Shown here in pieces: positions 38,452 through 48,310 of a stretch of 64,000 nt of DNA. Both the position numbers and the translations under genes were made by a program. The DNA lies in assembly GCA_963664395.2 (NCBI GenBank), contig OY761159.2:480001-544000 (forward strand), given 5' to 3'. The notes beneath the pieces were generated by a model. The model was not told where the DNA came from, did not search any database, and was given only the letters and a program-made list of their open reading frames with translations. The stretch's first letter is position 1, and each line of letters begins with the position of its first letter. The stretch comes from Candidatus Binatia bacterium. GTDB taxonomy: Bacteria > Desulfobacterota > Binatia > Bin18.

Positions 38452-39642
38452 TTACAAGCCAAGAGACATCTTGGCAATAATATTCCGCTGGATTTCATTT
38501 GAGCCGGCGTAAATCGACGCTTTCCGATGGTTGCAGTATCGGACGGTCAAGTTTGCTGTCTGCTGGTCCAGTTCCGTAGCCCCGCCGGTTACCCCAATGG
38601 GTCGATACGGTGCTGCCAGCGGACCGGCCACCTCCAGCAGCAATTCGGTCAGGGCTTGTTGAATTTCCGTACCACGCAGTTTGAGCAGCGAGACCTGTGC
38701 GCCAAGTTCCCGGCCTCTTTGCATCTGGTCCAGAAAGCGGAGGTTCGTAATTTCCAGGGCCAGCAGTTCCACTTCGACTCGGGATACCCTATCCCGGAAG
38801 CGTGGATCATCGAGGAGCGACCGGCCGTTTCGCTGTTGTGTTGCTGCCAGCTCTTTGAGTCGGGCCAGGTCCCGTTTGGATGCTCCAATCTCTCCGGTGT
38901 TGAGGCGTTCGTAACCCAACAGATATTTGGCAACGCTCCAGCCGTCGTTCTCTGTGTGCACCAGGTTCTCAAGCGGTACTTTCACCTCGTCGAAAAAGAC
39001 TTCGTTGACCTCATGCAGCTCACTCATCAACAGCAGCGGTCGCACACTAATCCCCGGCGTTTTCATGTCGATCAGGAGAAACGAAATCCCCTGCTGTTTT
39101 TTTTCGGCTGAGGGGTCTGTCCGCACAAGACAAAAAATCCAGTCCGCAAAATGGGCCCACGTCGTCCAGGCTTTTTGACCGTTGACAACATAATGATCAC
39201 CCTCCCGCACCGCGCGGGTCTTGAGCGCAGCGAGGTCTGAGCCCGCACCTGGTTCGGAATAGCCCTGGCACCAGGCAACATCGCCGTTATAAATGCCTGG
39301 TAAAAAGCGTTTTTTCTGCGCTTCAGTCCCGAAGCGGAGGAGAACCGGTCCACACATGGGAACCCCTGTGGGCAGCAGCATAGGACAGCCGGCGGTCGCG
39401 CACGCCTCTTCAAAAATATACCGCTGAACCGCGGTCCAATGCGTACCGCCCCACTCTTCAGGCCAGTGCGGAGCCACCCAGCCCTGGGTGGCAAGAATCT
39501 TGTGCCAGCGCAGATAGTCAGCGCGACCGAGGTCGTGATAGTTCACGACCTTCTCGCGGAGGTCGTCCGGGAGATTGGCACGAATCCAGGTCCGGACGGT
39601 GGCGCGAAAAGCCAGCTCTTCCGGCGAATAGTTCAGGTCCAT
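38452..39642 (-). CDS. Acyl-CoA dehydrogenase, PimC-like large subunit (paralog)
   Basis: Same motifs as 37187-38365; identical N-terminus MDLNYSPEE. Confidence 0.9.
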   Translation of the reverse strand: MDLNYSPEELAFRATVRTWIRANLPDDLREKVVNYHDLGRADYLRWHKILATQGWVAPHWPEEWGGTHWTAVQRYIFEEACATAGCPMLLPTGVPMCGPVLLRFGTEAQKKRFLPGIYNGDVAWCQGYSEPGAGSDLAALKTRAVREGDHYVVNGQKAWTTWAHFADWIFCLVRTDPSAEKKQQGISFLLIDMKTPGISVRPLLLMSELHEVNEVFFDEVKVPLENLVHTENDGWSVAKYLLGYERLNTGEIGASKRDLARLKELAATQQRNGRSLLDDPRFRDRVSRVEVELLALEITNLRFLDQMQRGRELGAQVSLLKLRGTEIQQALTELLLEVAGPLAAPYRPIGVTGGATELDQQTANLTVRYCNHRKASIYAGSNEIQRNIIAKMSLGL

Positions 39643-39851
39643 ACTGTTTCCTTGAACGGTAGAGCATTATGTATCAGGCTGCCAAGTAAATCCTAGCCCA
39701 TATCCCGGTCTATATCCCGGCCTCTATCTTCGGCTCACTGCCGGGGGATACAGCCCCGAGTGGGTTTGCTATGCTTCCCCGACGATTCGTCATTAGACGA
39801 TTCATCGTTGACGATTCACCATCGACCATTCCAGGACTGGAGGATTTGGGT

Positions 39852-40718
39852 ATGTCTTCCCGCACCGCACCACACTCTCACGGACAACCGATCTTTGGCA
39901 TGCAGAAACCGTTTATTTCTGAAGTCGTGCCGCCCCAGGAACTGTCCGGACCGGCCTGGTGGTTCGGCTTTCACCGCAACCGGCTCCTACTTCAGCAGAC
40001 TGACGCGACGTTTCAGGTGCCCTGCCTGGAACGCTTTGAAGAGTTGGGAGTATCTGCGGGGAATCGGCATTATCTTGGACGGTATGACGGGCGGGCGTGT
40101 TATGCCGTTGATGTCCTGGACAAATCGGTTCCCGATCACCTGGACTTCAAGGACCTGCGGCAGGCACACAGCGGAATTGACGAAGATTTGTTTGTCCTGG
40201 GGGGTCGCGCCGTCCAGATTGTTGAGTGGGACCGCAGCCATCAGTACTGCGGGCGGTGTGGAACTCGGAATGAAACCAAACAGGATGAGCGGGCCAAGCG
40301 CTGCCCCAAGTGCCAGCTCTTGAGCTTTCCCCGCTTGTCACCCGCCATTATTGTCATGGTGGAGCGTGACGGAAAAATCCTGCTCGCCCGTTCGCCCCAT
40401 TTCCCAACCAAGATGTACAGCGTGTTGGCCGGCTTTGTGGAACCCGGCGAGACCATAGAGGAATGCGTCGCCCGAGAAATCAAGGAAGAAGTCGGCATCA
40501 CGGTCGAGAATATCCGCTATTTTGCCAGCCAGCCGTGGCCGTTTCCAAATTCGCTCATGCTCGGTTTTACCGCCGAGTATGCGGGCGGCGAGATTAAAGT
40601 GGACGGAGTAGAAATCGCCGAAGCGGCCTGGTTCAGCCCGGACGCCATGCCGTCCATTCCGGGCCGCATCAGCATCTCGCGGCGGTTGATCGACTATTTT
40701 TTAGACACGCACGGGTAG
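39852..40718 (+). CDS. nudC: NAD(H) diphosphatase
   Basis: Zn finger CGRCG...CPKC, Nudix box GFVEPGETIEECVAREIKEEVG and SQPWPFPNS. Confidence 0.9.
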   Translation: MSSRTAPHSHGQPIFGMQKPFISEVVPPQELSGPAWWFGFHRNRLLLQQTDATFQVPCLERFEELGVSAGNRHYLGRYDGRACYAVDVLDKSVPDHLDFKDLRQAHSGIDEDLFVLGGRAVQIVEWDRSHQYCGRCGTRNETKQDERAKRCPKCQLLSFPRLSPAIIVMVERDGKILLARSPHFPTKMYSVLAGFVEPGETIEECVAREIKEEVGITVENIRYFASQPWPFPNSLMLGFTAEYAGGEIKVDGVEIAEAAWFSPDAMPSIPGRISISRRLIDYFLDTHG

Positions 40719-40752
40719 GATACGTAATCTGGCTGAGTCCCCCAGGAGCCCC

Positions 40753-40782
40753 GTAGGTCGGATTAGCGCAACGTAATCCGAC
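40753..40782. repeat. GTAG-family REP palindrome between convergent genes
   Basis: GTAG followed by GTCGGATTA-GCGCAACG-TAATCCGAC. Confidence 0.7.
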
Positions 40783-40786
40783 ATCC

Positions 40787-41398
40787 CTACTGCTGCTGCT
40801 TGACCGCTACACAGATCAACAATTTTTCCTCATCCGTATATTGCGTCACCGTCAGTCCATGCGGCCCGAGGAAGGCATGCGCTTCGTCCGGTGAGGGCAG
40901 TGACGTAATCGGAAACGGCTCCGAGCGGACGAGCCCTTCAACAAACGCCCGGCCTTCCGGGTGACTGATCACGACCCGCCCTCCCGGTCGCAGCATGCGC
41001 ATGATATTGCGTAGCGCCCCAGGCTTGTCCGCGATATTGCCGTACATACCGTTCATGAAGACCACATCGACGCAGGCCTCGGGCAGGTCCAGGTCCCGGA
41101 TGTCAGCCTGGTGGCGTTCGACTTCAGGGTAATGCTGGGCGACCTGTTCCAGCATCTTGCCGGACAGGTCGCAGACGTAGATACGGCCGGGCTGATACTT
41201 GCGAATGTCCGGAATGAGGGCGCCCGTCCCGGTCCCAACATCCAGCACGTTTTCTCCTGCCTGAATGTCAGGCGCGGCAACGATGCGTTCCATACGGGCG
41301 CATACGTCTTGGGGTAAATCGACCAGAAAACGATCATACACATTATCGAATGCCTGGCCTTGTTTTGCGTTGAATTGGGCAATCTGTTCGTCGTTCAT
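40787..41398 (-). CDS. Class I SAM-dependent methyltransferase
   Basis: VLDVGTGTG, CDLSGKML and LRPGGRVVI. Confidence 0.85.
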   Translation of the reverse strand: MNDEQIAQFNAKQGQAFDNVYDRFLVDLPQDVCARMERIVAAPDIQAGENVLDVGTGTGALIPDIRKYQPGRIYVCDLSGKMLEQVAQHYPEVERHQADIRDLDLPEACVDVVFMNGMYGNIADKPGALRNIMRMLRPGGRVVISHPEGRAFVEGLVRSEPFPITSLPSPDEAHAFLGPHGLTVTQYTDEEKLLICVAVKQQQ

Positions 41399-41406
41399 GC
41401 GTTTCC

Positions 41407-41979
41407 CTATCCTTCTTGCTCCAGCCACCAGCGGCCCAGGTCAATCTCAAGGGCTTCAAAGGGTTCGGCCCGTATCATGCCACTCCCGCCGTGGGTACTC
41501 ATCACAACCCAGCGTTGCCCTTCCAGACGATACACTTCCAAAGTACGCATCTTAGGGTCAACCAGCCACAAATGGCCCACCTGCTCTCGGGCGTAGATCG
41601 GCATTTTGAGCACCCGATCATTCCTGCCCGTGCTGGGCGAAACCACCTCACACACCCAGTCAGGAGCCAGTTCGCTATACGGCACGTCCTCCAATACCGG
41701 CATACGCTCTCTGCACCAACCGGCAATATCAGGCACAAGGATGTCTGCTCCAAAGTGCAATTCCGGCTCGAAGAGAATCCACCAGCCCCCAGGACCATCA
41801 GGACCAGCCGGCCTTCGGGAGAAGGGACCAAGGTCTTGTGTGACGGAAGAGGCAGCATGGGCGTGGGGAAAGGACGGCCTGGGCGCGGTCGTCAATTCGC
41901 CATCAATGATCTCCGCAACAAAACGCTCAGGGACCTGGAGCAGGTCCGCATAGGTGGCTCGCTTGCGCGCCGGGTTCAT
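41407..41979 (-). CDS. Uma2 family endonuclease
   Basis: AEIIDGEL, EPELH, VPDIAGW, APDWVCEVVSPST and WLVDP. Confidence 0.88.
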   Translation of the reverse strand: MNPARKRATYADLLQVPERFVAEIIDGELTTAPRPSFPHAHAASSVTQDLGPFSRRPAGPDGPGGWWILFEPELHFGADILVPDIAGWCRERMPVLEDVPYSELAPDWVCEVVSPSTGRNDRVLKMPIYAREQVGHLWLVDPKMRTLEVYRLEGQRWVVMSTHGGSGMIRAEPFEALEIDLGRWWLEQEG

Positions 41980-42057
41980 GGCGGGGAACTTACCACGGGC
42001 TTGGCAGCCTGGGAAGCCGCGCGACAGGCGAACTATGGTCAGGGGGAGAGAGAAAGC

Positions 42058-42168
42058 GCATGCTTAACGGACGCCGTCGATGAGACCGGACTGAGCGAGG
42101 AGGCATTCCCGACGCAGTGCCCGTTTACCGTCGAGCAGGTTTTAGATGCTGAGTATTGGGAGGAATGA
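42058..42168 (+). pseudogene. 3' fragment of a DUF29-family gene
   Basis: AVDETGLSEEAFPTQCPFTVEQVLDAEYWEE* resembles the DUF29 C-terminus; no 5' portion is visible. Confidence 0.6.
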
Positions 42169-42209
42169 GGGAAGTGCCTTGAGTTATGAAAGAATAATCT
42201 CGCAACGAT

Positions 42210-45200
42210 CTAGTTGACAAATGGAGGCTCCCGCTCCGCCCTGATCTTTGCCCGGTCAATTTCCTTGTCCAGATTATCTACGTACTCGTCAATCCATTCT
42301 TTTACAATCTCAACAGTTTCGTCTTCTCTGAAGTTCAGCAAGGCCTGCTTCTTCTTCTGGAGATGCAAGCTCTCAGGCCCTGTCCAACCTTCTGTCGAGA
42401 AATTTGACATCAAGCTATTTTGCACCTTTTTTTGTGATCCGTATCGAATTAAGACCTCTCGTGCCAAACAGATACGTTCCTTCTCTCGAAAGAGAGTCTT
42501 CGGCACAAAGGTAGCCAGATACCAGGCTCTCGTTTCAATGTCGTTCTCAACCCACTGCCATAGGTTTTCTGGCGGGAGAGTAGATAAAGCGCTCCCCCCT
42601 GCTCCTAACTCCTCGTCCCCTCTCAGCCATCTTGTGATTCTAAAGGCTCGTGAGTCGATAGGGGGGCCTACATATTTTACAATAATCTCCCATACCTTCT
42701 CAGGCATAAGCCTGAGAATCTCATTTAAGACGGATTGGGTCTCGGAGGCGTATCCTCCGACGACTGTTCCCGCATCACCAAAATGAGAAAGCATTGTCTC
42801 GGCAATAGGTAAACAATCTTCAGGATAGGCTTTGACAAAAGCCTCAGCAATTTCCCTCCAATAATACTCTTCCATCGTGTCCCGCTGGCCTTCATCCGGT
42901 TCTTGAAACAAAACGTCCTGCAACAAAAGCTCTCGGGCCAGTTCCTTCGGGAATGCACATTTCGATTCATTGTGAAGGTAGTACGACTGATAGAGCTTGA
43001 GAGCATCCTGAATAGCCCGACGACTGGGATTTTCGAGCAGGAACCTGAGCCACCTCTCAAGCACTCCCTCTGAACAATTACTAATGACACGCCCAAAGCA
43101 GAAAATCCGCAAATCGTTCGAACTCACGACTCCTCGTTCTGCGAGGTCGAGCACACGCATAGCTGCACGGTCTGATATACCAGACCGCCATGTCAGTTCT
43201 GGAATCCAGATGTCGAGTCCTGGTTCCTCAGCGAGTCTTTCTAGTTGTTCCTCCCAAGCCGTCGGATTGGCTTCAAAGAAACTCCGGAAATACCCCCCGA
43301 GAAAGAATACACTGGGGTCTCCTTCTGCACTCCTTTGAGCCTCAATCAATTGGGGCATGAGAGAGTATTCCTTGTCTTTCTTGCCCAGGGCATACCCAAA
43401 ACGGTATCCGTTCTGCGCCGCCGTAGTCACCAGCCAAGCAAGTTCTGGTAGAAGCGCTTCTGGGCTCTTTGCTGCCTGCAATGCGAGTTCTTCGATTTGT
43501 TTTTGCGTTTGACCCTCGCGATTATTTCCCTGTTCGTCAAATTGATCTTCTATGAGGTCCATTCCGACGTAACGCCGTAGGTGAGACGGAAAATCATTGC
43601 CAGTCAGCCGATTACGGAATTCCTCCCAGTTTTTTCGGATGTCGAGTGGTAGAGCCTTGCCTTCATAGTGAAGGAAAGACACAACTGTAGCGAGAATTTT
43701 TTTCCTGTCCACAGAGCTTGTACTATCAAGTTCTCGAAGCGTTTCGATGACCATTTCAGAAAGGCTTGGAATCGTTCCCAGACCACGTGCTTTTTTCAAC
43801 AGAACAGCGACAGCTTCGAGAGATTCTTCTTCTGGCAGAGTCGCTACCTGCTCGCTAAGTAGTTTCCACACGTGACGATACGCCTCATAAAGCTCTCCGT
43901 ACGTCTTCGGAGTCCATCTTAGAAACTCCTTCCGAAGCCCCTCCCATTCATTGCCGATCATACGGACAAAATGGTGAGCTTCAAGGGCTTGGTCACATGC
44001 CCGAATAGCGAGGAGTCGTTTTTCTCTTGAGTCGGATGCGAACGCCTCTAGTAGGACCGGGAAACCTTCTTCTGGAGGAGCTTCTGTTGGCGCCACTTCT
44101 CCATAAGCGGATGAAAATAGCGCAGCAAAAACGCCACTGGCACTATTAGAATAAGTTTCATTCTCCGCTTCGCCGAGAGCAAGCAAGAGCCTGGCAGCGT
44201 CGCAAAACAGCTCTCTGTGTATTGCCAACCCTTCTAAAGCCCATACCACTTCTCTACGGCCGCTCGTGAAATTGGACAAATCTGCCTTACTCCAAGTCCC
44301 GATAGTTTGTCTCAGGCACTGAATAGCTGAGGAAGGATCAGCTTTTGCGAGGGCTAAAAAAAAACGACTTCCTAATTGTGTCGCTAGATAAGAATCTTTT
44401 TGGAACGGCCCATCTTCTCCCAAAAGTTCCTGAACAATTCGAGAGGCCGCCTCTGAATTCGTTGCATACTCGAACATCTCATTGAACCAATCCACCAAGT
44501 TGGGAGGAAGACCCTCAACAAAACTCCCATAGTTAAAGGATACTCCGTATGTCTGCTGCCAATCTATCCAGAGCTTAATCTGTAACAATTTCGGAGTGAT
44601 ATATAGGGTGTTCTCTCCCTGAAGTATTCTTCGCTCCCTCAAGTTCCGAATAATCTCCTGAAAACGAGGCCAAGTAATTTGCGGGTCTACTTCTTCAATC
44701 TTCTTTGCAATCGCCTGCGCTTCTGCAATCAGAGAATGTCCGTAACCGAATCTCTTGAACAAGGCGATATGGAGAAGGACTACTCTTCGTTGGCGCACTG
44801 TTAGGCTGTCCGGATTATCCCCCCCCGGTAATGTAGCGGTCCCAAACGTTGACCGTACCGGGCTCTCTTAAAATATCTTCAGGATTTGTCCCTAAATTTT
44901 CCCCAATGACATGAGCTACGCGCGGTGATCCGCTGCACTCTCCGACCCATCTATCAGCGGAGTCCCTGAGAATCCCGTATCTTTGTATGATGCCGCTGAT
45001 CTGTTCATTATCCAGTGAGGGGGCATCGAGGCATCTATCTGGAATTCTTTCATATTCATTGTAGATGGTGATGAGTTTAATTCTCGGGCCACGATATTGC
45101 AGCTTGTCCCAAATATACGTCCTGCTACCCGGATCACATTCATCAATGACAACGATGGCAGAGAACGGATTATCATCCCTCAGAATCTCGTTCATGAGAT

Positions 45201-45996
45201 CGCTATCTTTGAATATGCTTGCAGCAGAGCAATAAATGACTAGCGGTTGTAAATCCTTGGTGCGTGTTGCTTCCAGAACAAGTCTCGTTTTGCCAATCCC
45301 CGGCTCGCCCTGGACATGTATATGTACCGCCTCATCTGTCTCTCTGAGTGGTTGCCGGAGGGCGACGATAAATTCCTCCTGATGAGGACCAGCCTGAAAG
45401 TGGCGTCTCATTTCAGAATCTTGAGACCAACTCCGGTGTGTTTGAAATCGTGCCTGCTCGCGCTGTGAGATTTGTAAAGCCAGAGAAGGGAACGGTTTTA
45501 AGAATCCGATGAGGTGATTCTGCCGCCAAATTTCGATCTTTGCCTCTCTATATCCAGGATTAACTTCCGCGAGTTTCTCCTTGAACCTACTGATAACTTG
45601 TTGATCTTCCCTTTCTGGGTTATCCGACCCGAATAGGACCACAACGAGCGTGCTTTCTTGATCGAGGCAAGTTTTGATTCTTGGTTTTAATCCTGATCTG
45701 TTGAGCAGGATTTCTCTTATATCGCTATCACCACTAAGAGAAAAATTACCCGTCTTTATCTGGTAACGAGTTAAACCGGGCTTGATGATTCCCTGCCCCT
45801 GGCTTGCGGGAGCGTCTTGTACTTCTGCATCAATCCCACCGTCATCGACATAGATAGCACTCGGTACGTCAATAAGGTTTTTCTGTATGCCCAAAGCGGT
45901 TGCTTCTGCCCAAAGGAGTTCCCGGAAACAGTCCACTGCTTCGCTTGGGCTCAGCCGATTAAGGTCTTCATTCGTAACGGTAAAAATCGTGCTCAT
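42210..45996 (-). pseudogene. Frameshifted nuclease-STAND NTPase (Avs-like) gene, annotated as ORFs 44815-45996 and 42210-44798
   Basis: N-terminal DGGIDA...YQIK (PD-(D/E)XK-like), Walker A GEPGIGKT, Walker B IVVIDE, GSP and a long helical C-terminus. Removing one G from the G8 tract (44819-44826) fuses the two ORFs into 1261 aa. Confidence 0.75.
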
Positions 45997-46292
45997 ACGA
46001 ACGGCCTACTCAGGGAATCTGAGCGTATAATTCCCATTATTTCAGATTAGCAAAAGCTCGAAACACCGTCCGACCAATCCGTACAATTTGTCATCTTATG
46101 AGAAGATAAAGGGCAGATTCATCGCTGGTTCATTTGCCATCGGGCCGATGAACTGTCCAGTGGGAATATATCTCTATTTTTCCACCACCAACAGTAGTAC
46201 TTTCGTACTGTCCTATGAAGAAGCCAATCGCTTCGGCCAGCTCTGTGAATAGGGCAGACACGAGGCCAGTTCCTATAAGCATTCGAGCTTTC

Positions 46293-47189
46293 CTACGCCG
46301 CGGCCCATTTTTCGCGCAGGAACTCCCCGACCCGTTCGATGCCTCTTTTGCCCTCATCCAGCATGGGGTGAAAGGCGTGCCAGACATGGATCATATTGTC
46401 CCAAATTTCGAGGCTACACTCGACACCCGCCGCTTTGGCCTTTTCGTCGAATGTGATGGAGTCGCCCAGGAGAATTTCATCCCGACCGACATGGATCAAC
46501 ACCGGTGGCAGGCCGCTGAGATCAGCCAGATTGGGGGACGCATACGGATGCGTGGGATCGCTGTCACCAACGTATAAGCCCGCCATGCGTTTGAGACCAT
46601 GGATGGTCACTATAGGGTCAGCCGCGGCTCTGGTCTGATACGACTCGTTCGAGCAGGTCATATCCGACCACGGACTGATCGCCACCGCAGCCGCGGGCAT
46701 GGGAACACTGTTGTCACGCGCTGCAACCAAGGTCGCCAGGGTCAACCCGCCCCCGGCCGAGTCCCCGCCAATGGATAGATTTTCTGGCGAAAATCCTTGC
46801 TCAACCAGCCATTTGAGTGACGCCACGCCGTCGTCAACCGCGGCCGGAAAGGGGTCTTCGGGTGCCATACGGTAATCAACCAGCAACACCGCGGACTGGG
46901 CGCAGCGAGAGATTTCTCCCGCCAGCGAGCGGTGCGTATTGATTGAGCCCACCACATAGCCTCCGCCGTGCAGATACAGGATGGCTCGCTCGGCCTGACT
47001 GCCGGGCGCTCGGACCCATTCTGCGTCACGATTCGCCACGCTCACCGCTTCCGTTTCAATATCGTCGGCGGCCTTGAAGGCCAGCTTTTCCATACTTTTG
47101 CGCATGGCCTCAATCGGCGGCTCAACATCCGCCGGAAGCTGTTTTTCGCGTAAAATCTGTTTCAGTTTATCAATGCTCATTCCCGCCAT
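46293..47189 (-). CDS. HSL-family esterase (alpha/beta hydrolase)
   Basis: HGGGY, DYRMAPE, GDSAGG and HVWH. Confidence 0.9.
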   Translation of the reverse strand: MAGMSIDKLKQILREKQLPADVEPPIEAMRKSMEKLAFKAADDIETEAVSVANRDAEWVRAPGSQAERAILYLHGGGYVVGSINTHRSLAGEISRCAQSAVLLVDYRMAPEDPFPAAVDDGVASLKWLVEQGFSPENLSIGGDSAGGGLTLATLVAARDNSVPMPAAAVAISPWSDMTCSNESYQTRAAADPIVTIHGLKRMAGLYVGDSDPTHPYASPNLADLSGLPPVLIHVGRDEILLGDSITFDEKAKAAGVECSLEIWDNMIHVWHAFHPMLDEGKRGIERVGEFLREKWAAA

Positions 47190-47302
47190 TGGCTTCCCCC
47201 CTTCGCGTGATAATGTAGACACCCTATGCTTCATCGCTACCCGTGTCACTGTTGCGCTCTTGACTCACCACAGGGCAAGGACGGAGCCGGAGGGTGAGTG
47301 AA

Positions 47303-48310
47303 ATGCAGGTGTTGGCGCTCTATCATATGAAGGGCGGGGTGGGAAAAACGGCCGCCGCCGTCAATCTTGCCTACCTGGCGGCGCAGTCTGGGGCCCGGAC
47401 CCTCCTCTGCGACCTCGACCCTCAGGCTTCGGCTACCTATTACTTTCGCATCCAACCCAAACTCAAAGCCAAACAGAAGGTTTTTGCGCGTGGCGGGAAG
47501 CATCTTGAAAAGAGCATCAAGGCGACCGATTTTGCGCACCTGGACCTGCTACCGGGCGCCTTGTCTCATCGCCACCTGACGGAGGTGTTTCAGCAAGCCA
47601 AACACCCGGCACGCTGTCTGCACCGCAGCCTGGCGACGCTTCGGGACGAATACCAGTATGTGATCCTCGACTGTCCGTCCGGGGTGAGCCTGATGGCTCA
47701 AAACGTTTTCTATGCCGCAGATTACGTCCTGATTCCCGTTGTTCCCTCACCCCTGTCGGTCCATGCGTATCAGCAGCTCCGCACGTTTTACACAAAACAC
47801 GGCTACGACCTCAACAAACTCCGGACGTTTTTCTCCATGGTGGAACGGCAAAAAAAGCTGCATCAGTCCGTCATGCGGGAGCTGACCGCTTCCCACCCCG
47901 AAGCCCTGCCGCAGGCCATCCCGTATCTGGTCGATGTCGAAAACATGGGCATCCACCGGGAACCGGTTCTCGTCTCTGTTCCGCATTCCCGGGCATCCCA
48001 GGCGTATGAACAGTTGTGGACAGCAATGGAAGCGCTACTCAATCAGGCTCACCCCGGCTCTCCACCTGCTCCTGCCGGTCCTGCCGATCTTGCCGGTCCT
48101 GCCGATCTTGCCGGTCCTGCCGATCTTGCGTGCCGATCTTGCGGACCGGCAATCTCAACCCGACCAGAACCGTTCAAGGGCGGAATCATCGGATCAATCA
48201 CCGCAATCAACGTCCGAAACTCTTCCACAACCTGCTGTTGCAGTTTCTGCCGCTCTGAAATCAGCGAAGTAAGCAGGACTTCCAGGGCGGGGCGCGTACC
48301 ATTTTCGTGA
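47303..48310 (+). CDS. ParA/Soj family ATPase with an extended C-terminus
   Basis: KGGVGKT, DLDPQAS and LDCPS. The ParA-like core ends near 48040, but the ORF continues through a tandem repeat. Confidence 0.82.
   Translation: MQVLALYHMKGGVGKTAAAVNLAYLAAQSGARTLLCDLDPQASATYYFRIQPKLKAKQKVFARGGKHLEKSIKATDFAHLDLLPGALSHRHLTEVFQQAKHPARCLHRSLATLRDEYQYVILDCPSGVSLMAQNVFYAADYVLIPVVPSPLSVHAYQQLRTFYTKHGYDLNKLRTFFSMVERQKKLHQSVMRELTASHPEALPQAIPYLVDVENMGIHREPVLVSVPHSRASQAYEQLWTAMEALLNQAHPGSPPAPAGPADLAGPADLAGPADLACRSCGPAISTRPEPFKGGIIGSITAINVRNSSTTCCCSFCRSEISEVSRTSRAGRVPFS

Noticed and set aside
41416-42168. 250-aa plus-strand ORF
   Set aside because: Mostly antisense to the Uma2 gene; only the last ~36 codons look like a real (DUF29-like) remnant.
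46130-46283. Short AT-rich minus-strand ORF upstream of the Avs-like gene
   Set aside because: No recognisable motif or clear RBS; cannot be supported as a gene.
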